The notes beneath the pieces were generated by a model, which saw only the letters and a list, made by a program, of their open reading frames with translations, did not search any database and had not been told where the DNA came from. A stretch of 53,040 nt of DNA, counting the filler, from Diploschistes diacapsis (Eukaryota), in the NCBI GenBank assembly GCA_023645945.1. It is 3 parts of 3 records of this genome, joined end to end, with 100 filler letters (N's around TTAATTAATTAA, not from the genome) between each part and the next. Parts side by side here need not be neighbours in the genome. Positions count along the whole stretch, not along the records: positions 35,458 to 53,040 come from JALAIB010000448.1; 2 more parts are not named here. One strand, 5' to 3'. A program made the translations under genes and the position numbers. Positions 35,752 to 49,380 of the stretch are shown one piece after another (position 1 is the first letter of the stretch; each line of letters begins with the position of its first letter).

Positions 35752-35869
35752 TAGTGTAGTTGAGAACAGATTTAGCTTCGTACAAATATGGAAACGCTCG
35801 ATCTAACGCAATTACGTTATAATGTAGTGTTCCGTTTCGTGGGGTGTTCCGTTTCGTGGTGAAACACGT
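35752..35869 (-). mobile_element. pogo/Fot1-like MITE, third (one-ended) copy, inverted
   Basis: The reverse complement reads TA-ACGTGTTTCACCACGAAACGGAACACCCCACGAAACGGAACACTACATTATAACGTAATTGCGTTAGATCGAGCGTTTCCATATTTGTACGAAGCTAAATCTGTTCTCAACTACACTA, matching the other two copies. Confidence 0.85.
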
Positions 35870-36258
35870 TAATAATATTCTATTATTGATTATTCAGTAA
35901 GCTGGCTAGGCAGGGTTAGGAAATTCATTTCCTAGTTAGGATTAGTCCAGAATATCTCAAGTCTGTGAAAAAGGTGCGTAAAGTACCTTGTCCATCACTG
36001 CGCCTTTCGCAATGATAAAGGCCATGTATAAATCCCAATAGAGAGAGCACTTCGGGATCATGCTTGGTATTTAGCATGCGTCATGTTTCACGCTTGATGG
36101 AACTGGTGCCAAGGTAGAAAGTAACTATAGATTGTGGTACACCAGTGTTTCGTAGTTCCCTGCTACGTCTAACCTGCATTTGGTATCCAGGCTTGCTATA
36201 ACTCCTGTCCAAGAGCAAAAATGCTACCACAGGACACCTCCGTTCGCTCACAGTGTCT

Positions 36259-39200
36259 TCACCTCTTCCCCTTCTTCTTCGCAGCAACCACCTTGAACGA
36301 AGAGCTTGTCTCGTCACGGGCCGTGTTCGAGGGCGCTTTCTTTGCAACTTCGCTCCAACCACCTGCCGAGCCCTTGTTACTGTCACCGCCACCGCTCAAA
36401 AAGTTCCCACCTGCAGAGGTCTCAGGTGCGATGCCCTTGTCGGCCTGCTTGCGACGACGAATGAATTCCTCCGCGAAACGGTGGCCGTCAAGAGTCTGCG
36501 AGTTGCCATATATAGCTTCGGAGAGGATGTCGGACTCTGGTGGAAGCTGGAGAAGGTTGCGGACAAAATCATCCACTATACAGTCATTAGTTAAGACGAC
36601 AATGGCGAGATAATCAAAACATACCGTTAACTCCAGAGTTGAGCCCCTTGCCCAATGAGTTCTTGACCCATCTCTGAAATTCATCATGTGCCGTCTGAGC
36701 GGAAGCGATGGTAGTGTTGCCTCTTGCGGGACCGGCCGGCTTCGTCTTAGGGGCAGTAGCAACCGAAGGCGTTGTGCCGCCACTTGCAGTGCGCTGAGGA
36801 ACAAAAGAAACGGATGGGCTTGAAGGAACTTTGACCTTGCCACTAGCTCCTACCATCGTCCAGGTTCCACCAATAGGGGCTATGGTTGTTGACGCTGCAA
36901 CTTTACTGGCAAGGTCGGCATAACGTTTGCCCCCCGCAATGTTTGGCGCCACTGCTACGCTGGCACCTGCCGTAGCGGTAACGGCAGCGGCTTTGGTCTT
37001 GCGTGCTTCTTCTTCCTTCTGAATTTGAGCAATACTTTTTGAGTTTGGCGTGGTAGGTGTTGCTATTTTCTTAGCTGAAGGCTTCGCCCATGGTACGACC
37101 CCAATAGTCACAGTAGCGGGAGATCCTGTGGCCCAATTTGCAGAGGACGGTAGACCCGGAGCCGGGGCTTGACTTTGAGCAGCTTGCGCTGCTGCAATAC
37201 GCTCCTGTTCTGCCACGGCACGACGAGCGGCGGCAGCTGTTTCCTCCCGCTGGGAAGACTTGCGTGCCTCGGCCTCCTGTATCTCCTTTAGTGAGGGACC
37301 CCTGGGGCCTTCCAGATTCTCCTTGGCCCAAGGGGCAAGGTTAGCAGTAGTAGGGGTTCCTACGGGACTCTGGGACCGTGAGCCCGACTCGGCCGCGAGA
37401 ACATCGGCGATATGCGTTCGGTTGCGCTGAGCTGAAGGAGCAGGTAGCGGAGATGTAGAGAGTTGCGGGATGACCTCTATGAGGTCTTGCTGGTCTTGTG
37501 CAGGGGCTATAAATCCAATTTCCGACTGGGTCGGACTTTGCTGACGTAGGAGCCGCGACTTTTGCTGTTCTTGAAATGCTGCGTGTCTTTCGCCGGCCTC
37601 CTCTGTGGATGGCGTGGCGGCAGCTACATTTTGTGTCTGTGGTTCCTCGTTGTCTTGAGTACGTAGCTGGTGGAATTGGTCCAGTCGATCTGCGTTCTCA
37701 TGCCTCTCCCCCTTCTCCAACGATTCCCACTGCTCCTGTTGAGCTTGCAGACGGGCGCGATCTTCCATCATGTTTGCTATTCTTTGCTGGTGATGGAATC
37801 CTTCCTGCTGCTGAGACATGGCCGTCAAAGAGTCTTGGCCTGCGGGGCCTAAGTTCAAACGGTCTATGGAAGAGAGTAGATTACCATCCCGGCCCCCGGG
37901 CATAGCATCGCCAGGAAGCCCTTGTGGACCAAAGCCTGATCTCATTGGTGATTCAAAGAAGCCTGTGTTGGAGGCAGGCGGGTGGATGGGCGGCTGACCG
38001 GGGGAAGGCTGAAACCCACTGGGAGAAGCAATACTGCCATAGCTGGGTTGGCTCTGTAGGCTGTGTGCGCTTGAATGATGATGAAGTTGCTGTGGGTGCA
38101 TAGGCATTCCGGTCATTTGGATTTGTTTCATGAACATCTGCTGCTGCGCCAGATGCTCCTTCTGACGAGCCATCAGGTATTGCTCTTCTTGCTTCCGTCT
38201 CTCCAGGGCATTCTGCTGGTCCGCAGTCAAAGTGGTTCCGAAGCTGGGAAAGCTGTTCCCGAATCGAGGTTGGGCATTCCCAGGCTGAGCACCCGGTGTC
38301 GTGGCTCCGAGAGCCCCTGGCCCAGTTGGTTGACCATGTGGTATACCGATCTGAGGAACGAGAAACGGCTCCCTTGAGTTACCAATGCGCCTGATCAACT
38401 GTGCAAGAGGCTCGTAGTCGGTATCCTCCAACTTCTTGACTTGCAGCTCTGGGGAAAAGAAGCCTGCTTTGTACCAATCGTGCATCTCAAGGCCAGAGAA
38501 AGGACCTTGCATGTTCCCGGATGGATCACGATAGATCCATCGCATACGATCAGGCATCACCATCTGGCGCTGCTGCGCTGGGGGTGGCTGATTGGCGTTC
38601 AGGTCAGGTTCTGGTGAACGGCCAAGGAGCGATAAGCTACCTGACGAGGTGGTGGTTGGAGCTGCTGACGTGGTAGTGACATTCTGATTTTGGGCAGCCT
38701 GCACACCATCATTTGCAGTCAATTGATTCATGTTATCCTGCATGCCCTCAATTCCATGAAGGTCGCCCGTTCCGAAAAGCTCGTCAAGCACTCCCCTTGT
38801 GGATGGCGGAGGAATTTCCGATTCCTTAGAATGAGGCGTAAAGCCTGCCCGCGAATCTGAGAGGGGAGTCTCGCTTTTACTGTCGTTACTACGCGTCTGT
38901 TCTTGCACCTGATTTGGGAACAGTGAGCCCATTTTGCTGCGTACAGCGCCTCCAAAGACACCTGAGGTAGGGGTACCGAAACCGCCGCCCGCAGATGATA
39001 GATCGCCCATCGATCCAAAAATTGCGTCAGAAAAGCCAGGTACGAAGCCTTGACCGGCTAGGCTCTGTTGTCCCATGCCCCCTGGGACAGCAGACCAAGG
39101 ACCAGAGCCACCAACACCACTCAAACCTCCCAGTCCGCCTAGTCCTGGGAAAGGTCTCTGCTGGCCAGTGCTTGAAGTTTGACCCCGATCCACATCATAA

Positions 39201-40985
39201 GCAGAGGCAAGTTGCCTCGAGGACTGACCTCTGAGGCCGAACGGTGTTCGGCGGCTGTCATCTTCACTCTCACCTTCGGTTGATTTCTCACCTTCGGGGC
39301 TCTGGTACGGATTCGTGACGGTTGGGCTCATCTGTTCGTAGCCTTGCTCATTGAAGTGCTGGCTTTGTGGTGTCTCCTGAGATGTAGCGTCCCTCCGTGC
39401 CACGAGCTCGCGAATGGCGCCAAGGTTCGATGGTGGATTAAATGAAGAGAAGCCGATATCATCATGTGCCCGCTTCTGCTCTACAGTTCCAGAATAAGGT
39501 CGAGCTGGAGGGCTCGGTTCGTCTCCACCTAGTGCCGCGCTCCCAATGCGCTCCTCCTCGCCAAAGAAGTTGGGTGGTTTCCTTGCTCCGTGGTTGCTCA
39601 CACTTCGTGTTCCATTTTCAGATTCTGTGAGCTTCTCTAGCCCACTGTAAGATTTCTCCCTTCCCATTGCCAGCATATCTTCTGAACTTTCTTTGCTCAT
39701 CAGTCCTTTAAGCCTGCTCTCTCCACGCAAGCCGCCGAACCCGAGACGTTTCTCACCAGGAGTCGACGGCGCTGCACCAGCATTTTCTATGGAGAAATTA
39801 CCGAACGCACCGAAACCGGCGGATTGTGGGCCAGAAGGCGCCCAAGGTGATGCGGGCCCGGTGACTCCTGCACTCATGGGCCCCGAAGCATTTCTTTTCC
39901 ACGAAGGAAATGCGGAACTGGTATCGATCCCAGCGTCTAATCTCGCCCTTTCGAAAGGAGAGCCTGACGTTCCTTCTTTGAAGTCCGTCCTGCGTCGGAG
40001 TAGAGACAAAGGAGGGGTCGCCAATGGAGCATCATCACGTGATGAACGACTAAAGCCAGATGGGGTTGCGAGTGGATTTCCGCTAATAGAGTCGCTCGTT
40101 TCTCGGCGGCGGGGCCCCGGTCTACCCTGCGTGGCTGAGCCAGACCCTCCTTGGCCCTGTGAGATGGATGGCTTTCGCCCGTTCAATCCAGGTGTGGACA
40201 TTCCCTCTTTAGTGTTGTTCGGCGTAAGGCCCTTGAGCGGAGAGTTGACCGAAGTAGAAAGAATCTAAGGCGATGAGCCAGCGCATGATATGGGAAGGAG
40301 TCACATCATACCTCTTTCTCTTCCTCCGTCATATCCACAAGACCCATGGGTTGTACCAAGCCATCAAAAAGCCAGCACACTTCGGGGTTGTTTTGACCAT
40401 CTCGGGCCTCATCCCTGCGTGTCCAGTCTCCTCGATTGCTGGCAGCTGAAGACCCAGGCGCCCATCCCTCGGTAAGAGCATTTTGTAGATACTCGTTCTT
40501 CATACTTGACTCATTGTTTGATTTGAATACATCGAGCAACTGCTCTTTCGAATATCGAAGGTCACTTACCGTGGAGTTTCGACTGAGCGAAGACTGGTAG
40601 TTCGAGCTGAGGTGGGGCGGAACGTAGACGCCAGAGGTTGGGGTATATGTAGCCTGCGCAGAGCTCTCCTTGGAACTTGAAGCGGTGTTGATTTGCGACG
40701 GTCGTCGGAACGTCTGGGTGGCGCCATTCGGACGAGGGCGGGACCTGATCAGAACCCAACGTTCAGCAGCCATTCTAGAATTCTCGCACCAGATGTTTCC
40801 AAACGTCCAGAAACAATAAACATAAGAGGAGCGGGGGGAGGGGGACTGCTTTTCGAAGCTTTGCTAAAAGGTAACACGACGTACCAGTCTCCATTGCCTC
40901 CGACGCTCCTTCCATGAGCAGCATTCTCGTTGCTAGAGCTGGAGGCTGCCGCCGAGGCGAAACTTGCCGGAACTTGAGCTGGCAT
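36259..40985 (-). CDS. SMY2: GYF-domain protein (Smy2/GIGYF/Mpd2 family), spliced
   Basis: YVPPHL, RYSKEQLL, WIYRDPSGNMQGPFSGLEMHDWYKAGFF (GYF domain), LERRKQEEQYLMARQ, SLKEIQEAE, IYGNSQTLDGHRFAEEFIRRR, and terminal FKVVAAKKKGKR. Confidence 0.9.
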
Positions 40986-41510
40986 TGTTATCCGATTTGT
41001 GCGGATTTCGAGGTGACTCGGTTGGTTTGGAAAGAGCAAGGGCTTGCGCGAAACGCGAGAAGTTGCGGGGGGCTAGGCTATCAGGCTTCTAGGACACTAG
41101 GTAGTGGTTAGTGCTGGATGTTCCTTCAGAGCAGAGACAGATCATGCGCAGGGTGCTTCACCTGTCAAGATATCGGGGTTTTCACACAAAAGATCGAAGT
41201 GGTGGAAAAGGTAGTATGGTGGAAAAAAGCTCCGATCAGAGGTCGTGCCGTACACTACTAAAATTCGAAAGTTAAAGTGGAACCAGCAAAAAAAAAAAAG
41301 TTCAAGTTAAACTCTTCGAACACAGATCTCAGAGAAGAGAAGGGCAGCAAAATAAATTTACCATCTACCTGGGCAGGCCACAATTTATAGAAATTTCCAT
41401 GCACGGTCTCATTACCTAGAGAGACGACCCCAGATATCCAAAGAAATGCCCTTTTGAAAACTAGTGATGGGTTTTGGTACGCAATGTGCCCCATCTATGA
41501 AACCTGGCCT

Positions 41511-41570
41511 GAGATTTACGACAATACCTGGAGGAATTCTGAGATTTACGACCATACCTGGAGGAATCCT
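41511..41570 (+). repeat. 30-bp tandem duplication
   Basis: GAGATTTACGACAATACCTGGAGGAATTCT / GAGATTTACGACCATACCTGGAGGAATCCT. Confidence 0.9.
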
Positions 41571-41903
41571 AAGTTGAGAATTCGCAAGAGAACATCTTAA
41601 CGGTATTGCTAACAAAGGTCAGAGGAGAAATATGATTCTCATCCTTTAAGCTTGTGAGCGCCCACTCCACATAGAACGCTTTGTGATCCATTTGCCATTG
41701 CATGGGCCAAGTCCAAACTGAAATGACACGAGTTCCTCTGCACTTTGCGAGCCCACATGATCGAAGATTGGCCTGGGAATTATGAATATTAAATTATTTG
41801 AATAGCTACGCAACGGATTCACGATAAACCTTCCCCCCATACCCTCGGTTCACAGGCTTGCAGTATGCGGGTTACTATATCGATTGTGATCGGTCTGCCA
41901 ATA

Positions 41904-44900
41904 TCATCCAAAGGGATGTCGATTCATACCTGAACCAGACCCTACCAGGAGCGCTCCCAGATACTCTCTCACAGCCCCAATCAGATCATCCGCCGAGGAG
42001 CCTGCCGTATCCGGAAATGCCGCTAAAGTTAGCTTTCGAAATACTTCCATAAGCTGAGGATCGACTTCCCCGTCATCGTCGTACGAGAGTAGCTGTCGCA
42101 ACTGATCAGACAACCGAGCCTTGCAATCTCCCTGTAAGATGCGGATTAGTATATCACCGTCAATGTGCCTTTCGCGCGGATTTTTGAGGTCGGAAGGAAG
42201 GTTGGCCGGTGACGTGGTTGCGCTTCGCCTTGATATTTTTGGACACAAGGTCTTGTTTCGCTCAACTCGGAGTTGTATGAAGTGCAACAGTCTGCACATT
42301 GCATCGTTAAGAATGTGGATCTGGTAGATAGTGCCGTCGGTAGTGCTAGCAAGAGCGGTTGGATAATCGAGTTCGCAGTTTGCTTCGATAGTTGGGCGCA
42401 AGACTGCTTCTCGCAGACAAGATATTTTCGCAGGAAGTTCTGCTTCGAAGAGTGTTTGGAGCTGATCAGGCCTTGCAGAGTTGAATGAGGGCCAAAACCC
42501 GGACAAGATTCTGTCCTTGTCCGAAGCGAGAACAAGGCCAGATGTAGGTAGGACTAGCTGGTGCATTGAGCTTCGGCACCTCGTGTCGCTGGAAATAACC
42601 CTGAAGCCGTTTGGCACAACCTGAAATACCCGCAGCGAATGGGTTGAAGTGCTGACGTAGATAAGAGAATCTCGCACACCGATACTGCGTCCAATTGAGC
42701 CCAGGTCAGTGGAAGCTTTGTCTCCGAGCCTTCTGACGTTGTCCAAAACATCAAGATGTTGTCGAAAGAGGGACTTGCCAGAGCAATAGATAAACGATGT
42801 GTCATCATATCCAGCAATGGAGTAAATTGGCTCTTCTGCGTCAAAATTGTGCTTCCATTCAAGGGAAAGCTTTCCATTGCGATTGGGGAGGATGCTGTAC
42901 ATCCAAATTCTCCCTCTCTGGAGCTCGCCGTTTCTAGATGGTCTCATGGTACCGACCAGTAGAAATTGCCATCTTTTATCTGCAATAGCAATCGCCCAAT
43001 CCGAGATTCCGGTTATTCGCTCGCCCGATCTGCCCACTATAGCAGCGAATGACCGCGTGTCAGGTGGGAGATTTTGAGGAACATCAAATGCCTCTTCTTT
43101 GACCTGAATATCACCGGCTTCACAATCATCTGGGTCTAAGAATCTCAGCGCAGAGAACGATAATCTCGCATTGTCGGTGGTCTCTTTCGCGCACGACGCA
43201 GGGTCAACTACCCCGTTTATGGTGAGAGCAACAACAAGCTTTCTGAACGTTTCGAGGTACAACACTTGACACGGATTACCGCCAACTCGCATGTGTCGTG
43301 GAATCACTCGTGGGCCGCTGACAAGGTCTAATTGTAGAACTCCTAGTTCAGATTCGAATAGGGTGAAGGTAATATCTTCATATTCATATGGAGCTACAAG
43401 TAGCGCTTGATTCCATGGCTCCAGTTGGGCCACAGACCTTACCCCTGATCGAGAGACTCCAATGCCTTGTCCGTCTGTGAACCAGACACGTTGGATTGGG
43501 TTTCGCTTATTGCTCTTGTTTGCAGTCGATGCAAAATAGCACAGAGTGCCTTCACAGAGAACCAAAGCCCCGCTAGGAAGATGATCCTGAGAACAGGACC
43601 TGCTGTAACTCGGTGTGATGGATACAGCAGTGTTACCAAGTTTGAAGGCCGCCCAGTGCTGCAGTTTTCGAGCTACCGACTGTCAGTGACAAGCGCTCTC
43701 CGTTGGAGCTTTAGTACCACCTTGACTATCTCCTTGAAGCCTTAGGATGTGTAAAGAACCAGATCGTAACCCACACAGAACCAAACAACCGAGACGCTCA
43801 TCTTGGCTTCCAGACAGGACCAGAACTCCTTCGCATATTCCATCCTCCTCCTCAAACCTATAGACCTCATGATATTTCAAGTTTTCATCGATTATCTCGA
43901 ACAATTGTAGGTCTCCCGCCCTTGTTCCAACAAAAGCAATGTTGCACCCTTCCACATGGACTATGTGAATACAGGTGGGTTCTTCTTCCAACACGAGCGG
44001 CTTGGACTTCAACAAGCTCCAGCTACCATTTTGCTCGAGCAGCCGAGCGTGAAGTAGAACATGGTTTGAAGCCGTCTGGGCGGTCATCAGCAAGGATGAC
44101 TGAGCACCTTCGATGCAGGCATTGGCGACTGAAAGCCCTTCAAAGGCTTCATGGAGGCGTTGAGGGTTGTTGTGACCTGGATCGGGCAGCGAGATAGCCT
44201 TGATTGATAATTCAGTGACTTGCACGAAGATACCATGTCTCGTTCGACCAGCACATATAGTTGGGCGTTCCCGATCTATAAATGACGGTATTGCAGATTC
44301 TGTTTGTAATTGTACCGGTTCTAGATCACCGTTGTTGAAGCAGAAAATATCGGAGCCTGCAGCAGATGAAGCGAGGACGTACACACTTGCACTAGACTCA
44401 TCAGGGAGGAGCCACAGATGTCTATATGGCGAATCTTCCAGCCCAATACGGTCAATTTCCAGGGCCTGGATGCCGTACCGGATCTCACAAACTGAGCCGT
44501 GCCTTCGCCCCCATCCACTGCAGGTAAAGATGCGTGTTTGTGAGACAACGTCATCACCAGGAGCATATCCTCTTCTTGGCACAACCGTAAGGTCTCGAAT
44601 AGGAGTCCAGTTCGGAACGCTCTGCTGAAGGGTGGCATCCTTACGTGCCTGGAGAACAAACAAACCGCCACTGCTTTTATTTCCACCAACGAGAAGTACA
44701 TCAGCCGCCAGGCCTTTCGAACGAGAGGAATCATCATCATCACCGCCACCGTCACCGTCATCGTCATCATCGTCATCACCATCATCGTCCAAGACGGTAA
44801 ACGCGGTATTAACATTGACGCGTAGATGTCCAAGGGGAGTATTAGAGTCCGTGACCGTTCTACCATTAATGTGGAATTCAACGAGACGAATAAGACCATC

Positions 44901-46190
44901 TTCACGACAAAGGTATACGGTATCTTCCCCTCGAGCGTTGAAGCCCGCATGCCGTGGCGGACGCGCCCAGCTTGTATAAAGAGGCACGTCCAGAGAACTG
45001 CCAGGATCGTCAGCAGCTTCGTACACTGACTCTTCCGAATCGCAAAGATCGTCGATCTGCGCGAACTCGTTGATTCTGACATCGCCACAGACGCCAAGTT
45101 TCTGCTCGCAAACCAGGGCAAAGCCTGGCGAGATCTTGAGCGGTATCAGCAGAACTGGGCTGGTTAAATAGCGATCCACAGGATGCTTATGTGGGTGAAA
45201 CTCCATCCCTTGCAGGTTTTGCGCGCTATCCCATTGAAAGGTATAACGCTTGAGCTGCCCTCGGACAGACACGATCAATAGCAGGATGAGGAGTGAAGGG
45301 TCATCGTTAGGTGGCTGCAAGAAGGCCATTTGTAGAATGTGGCCATCAACCTTTATTAGTCTTTCCTAGAATTGAATCAGAAAGTCATCATTCTTATAGT
45401 TGTTCTAGATGAGCCTACTTCCAAGATAGGCTTGAAGTTTTCCTCGATGATCTTGCCATCACGTTGAACATCATGAACAACATCCGCCTGGGGTGCCAAC
45501 CTATACAAGGCCAATCTACCTTCTTGGGCACTGACCGCAATAGCACGCGAGCTGTAGTGTCAGCCAAAACTAGTAGCGTACCAATGAAGCAACTCACTAA
45601 GCGTCAACAGCAATTAGCTCTCCCAACCTATGCGTTGACTCGGCTGATGCAAATAGTTCGTGCCTGAACGAAGCAAACCGGACTTCACTGGTTTCGTCGT
45701 GGAAAGCGAACAAAATTAACAAAAACTGCTCCGAATCCCCATTCAGCACTAAAGCGAGCATTTGAGGTGGAATCATGAACGTTCCGGTCACACTTCCTGT
45801 TGAGCTTTCTCGTCTATTTGATGCATCTTCACGCCTTGTAAGATGGAATGAAGTCTTTGACGCGCCAATTATGGCCGCGGCCCGTATGGAGCCCCCAAAG
45901 TCCGCCGTGCGAGCAACGTCTTCAAGTCGACTTCGATGATTGAATAGCTTGATCTCAACTGAGCTCTCCCGCACGATCACAACATCATTGTATCGAGCAT
46001 GCCTTATCCGGGCTGCGAAAGCCCACTTGATAACAGGGGTATGGACTACAGTCCTAATTAAAATCCCCAAGGAAGGATGTCCTTGGTCTTGCCCTGTATG
46101 GATATTCAAACTTTCTACGTCCAGAGCCTGGTCTGGCGAGACAATACGTCTGATATCCATAAGGTTTTGGACTCGGCCGTCGGACGCCAT
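41904..46190 (-). CDS. MMS1-like / DDB1-RSE1-CPSF-A family multi-beta-propeller protein, spliced
   Basis: GILIRTVV.TPVIKW..ARIR..NDVV, PPQMLAL, LGELIAVD, ILQMAFL.P, YLCREDG, PNWTPI.D, RIFTCSG.G..G.VCEIRYG, LCGLRSG, and HIDGDIL.R. The break at ~43.7 kb is bridged by a GTGGTA..CTGAC..TAG intron that keeps frame. Confidence 0.78.
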
Positions 46191-47292
46191 GTCCGTGACA
46201 AAGGCGAAGCTGTACAACAGAGCCTAGTGGCCGGCAAGACGCTGCTGGCGGAAGGATTTCCTGCACTGTCAGATGACTTGTACTGAGTGGTGAACACAAG
46301 AGAAGCCTTGAGCCTAGAAAGGACTCAAAAGCAACGGCAAGACATTAGACAGAAGGAGATCAGGCCCACCTGCTGATTCTCAATGGATTGAAAACCTGGA
46401 GTTGTAATCCGGAGCTACCTTATCCGATAACTTCAAACAGCTGAGTCAATCGCTTGCAGATTGGCCACCAAATATAAAACAATGCCGCAGAATTCATGAG
46501 ATGAACAACCGGAGAGGAAATTCATGTCGTCTTCTGTCATGCCGTTGCAAGTTTTCCTGCGAAGCGCCCGGCCAACAAGGCTGCATTCGCCGAGAAATTG
46601 AACCACAACTTTGACTTGTGCAAGTCCAATATGTCCAGGGAGTTCTGTCTATGCCACTATTAACCGATACAGGAAAGCGAGGGCCATGGCTTGTGGCCCT
46701 TGAACTTCAATCACCTGCTTATCGATGTAGATCCTCATTGACTGACTCACATTCTAGTAGAGTAATCATCCTGTCACAATGTTGAAGAGATATGGGAGCA
46801 TGGATTACGTGCCCAGCATGCTCATGTCGTATTGTACTAGCAGCACCAGTGAATGGTTTAGAACCAAGCAATCTGGGACATGACGGATCGGCGTTGTGGC
46901 TAGCCTAGGAGTTTGGATGTGATTGTCTGTAAGGTTATGTGCAGCTGGGATGTAAACTGGGAAGGAGAGAGGTGTACCAACATAAGAAGAGTGCATAGAT
47001 GCCGGGCACCAGCTGGTGAAGAAGCTTACGGAGACAAGGTAAGGTTTGTAGCGTCTACAGAAAATTGAGCAAGAGACAATATAAGGGTCTCCATACGCTT
47101 TAATAGGAAACTTGACATTGACACGGGTATTTACAAAAGGTTAGTGCCCATATGTCAGGACAAGTTGTTGAGCCTTTTTTGGTATAACGGGAGGCACTTT
47201 CGTATCTTTTATTCTCCGGGCAGGCGGCCTTAATACTAAAACGCCAATAATTAATATCTACACTCCAGCCGCATTATTCTTATATGAGTTAC

Positions 47293-47362
47293 ATAGAATT
47301 ACTACTAATATGGATAAAATGGAATCACTAATGTGGATAAATAGAATTATTAATATGGATAA
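47293..47362 (+). repeat. Degenerate AT-rich ~22-26-bp tandem repeat (3 units)
   Basis: ATAGAATTACTACTAATATGGATAAA / ATGGAATCACTAATGTGGATAA / ATAGAATTATTAATATGGATAA. Confidence 0.6.
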
Positions 47363-47578
47363 CTATTCATTCCCGATATATCATGAAGAACTTTAGTTCC
47401 ACCTTCATTTGCGATGGGATACTAGCAATCCTACTCAATTTCATATTATGCTTCTATCTCTGTCTCGTCCAGTATAGCGTTCATTCTATTTGACACGCAG
47501 AGATGGTGATGACAGGGGAGGTTATGGTTGTGAGGGCATCTGTCGATTTCTTGATGGGGCAATCGATCGCCAGACAAA

Positions 47579-47615
47579 GCCCATACTAATAGTGCCCATA
47601 CTACTAGTGCCCATA
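47579..47615 (+). repeat. 15-bp tandem repeat (~2.5 units)
   Basis: GCCCATACTAATAGT GCCCATACTACTAGT GCCCATA. Confidence 0.8.
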
Positions 47616-47927
47616 GTGTCGGATGATTGGATATCTTTTAAGAACAAAACTTACTAGATACAAGGATATATATGATGTTGTTGATGAACGGCTCTGTGCA
47701 TTTCTCTTGGGGTTTCGGTAAGTTAGCCCTCTCAGCCCTGTCGGCGGCCCTTTGAACCAACATGCCTCCAAGATCTCATGTTTCTCACCATCCATTCTCA
47801 TCTTGATTTGACAACACCTAGCTAGTATGACCAGGCAAGGACCGCTCTCTCTCTTTTAGAGTAGCTGTCTCACCCCAGAAGACGATTACAAATCTGAGGA
47901 CAGCATCATCGAGCAAGTCAGTAAGAA

Positions 47928-49380
47928 ATGTCCCGTGACGCCCAATTACACGCTATACCAACTTCCCACATGCACATATGTGAACAAGGCGATGAGATTG
48001 ATCATGGTGTCAACTCGGCTTCATCAATTTCAAGGGATCCAAACGTAGTACCGGCCAACGTGGATCAAAATGAAAAGAGCAAGGAAATCAATAGAGCATG
48101 TGGTATGAAAGATGTACGCGAATTGGCCAGACTTTCTACCACTCATGGAGGTTTCCTGAATGACGCATTGCGATTCAGGGTCTGTATGTTTGATGTCCGA
48201 AGCGTCTCGACTGCATACCTGTAGCTGCTTAGTCTCACATATTCTCAGGGCCAATACTACTGGGAGTTGATATATGCACGAATGACAACTCCCACACAAG
48301 CCATGGAATACAAGGCGGTTCAGACACGGATGAACATGTGAAACACAAAGATGAAGATCAAGTGATGCTAGACGTCAATCGGTCCTTTGTCTACTATCCT
48401 GCAAGTAGGTTGTTTCTCCAAGACACAACTCTCTCTTACTAGGATCTACATGATGAACTAAGCATCCATAAGACCAGTCCGTAGAGAAGATTGAGAGCAT
48501 GAAATACCAATTAGCTGAGGTTATTATCAGTACCCTACGCAGATACCCAAAGCTTTGCTATTTCCAAGGTTATCACGACATCATTCAAGTTCTGCTTCTT
48601 GTTTTAGGGCCCGGGTACTCCGCAGCAGCAGCTCCTTATATTTCTTTACTTCGCATCAGGGACTTCATGTTGCCTTCGCTCGCGCCTTCTTTGGACCATC
48701 TGCAACTCTTACCGGCTATCATCCAATGCGTGGACCCTAAACTCTGCCGTCATTTGTCTCAGACCCGGCCATTCTTCGCCCTTGCGTCAACATTGACTCT
48801 CTACGCTCATGATATCCAAGATTACGGCGTCATTGCTCGCCTATTCGATTTTCTCCTTGCCCACGAACCATCGGTGTCCATATACTTATATGCCGTTATT
48901 ATATTGTCGCGAGACAATGAGCTTTTCGAAATCGAGCCTGATGACCCTGAGATGCTACACTTCACCCTATCGAAGCTTCCCAAATCTTTAGAGCTGGAGT
49001 CTTTAATATCCCGGACTTTACAAATCTTTTACGAACATCCACCGGAATTGCTACCCTTTGGAGCGTGGGGCAAGGTGGCCCGCTATAGCGTGCTCAAGAC
49101 TAGCCGAAGGCCGCGGAATAAGGGGCATGGAATTCCTAACTTGCAAACACTGGCAGAAGGCGAAAAGTTACTGCAATGGCAGGCAGTCGATCTTCGTCGG
49201 GCAGAGTTGCGCCGGCAGGTCGCACAGCATCTGTGGAGGTACCGCCGCCCTGTGGGGAGCGTTGCACTAGCCATTTTGATAGGTGCTTTGTCGATCTGGT
49301 TGCAGAAGCAAAATCAGGGTGGATACACCGTACCTTTGTCCAAACTCTGGAACCAGATGAGAACGATCCTTCGAGTTTAG
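47928..49380 (+). CDS. GYP8: TBC-domain Rab GTPase-activating protein (Gyp8/TBC1D20 family), spliced
   Basis: GGFLNDALRFRV/WPILLG, HKDEDQVMLDVNRSFVYYP, LCYFQGYHDI.QV, RIRDFML, PFFALA.TLTLYAHD, RLFDFLL, MLHFTLSKLPK, and a C-terminal TM segment. Confidence 0.88.

Noticed and set aside
41511..41570. 30-bp repeats as a CRISPR-like array
   Set aside because: Two contiguous units, no spacers, and a eukaryotic context.
43565..43720. Apparent frameshift splitting the MMS1-like gene
   Set aside because: A GT..CTGAC..TAG intron restores the frame, so it is not a pseudogene.
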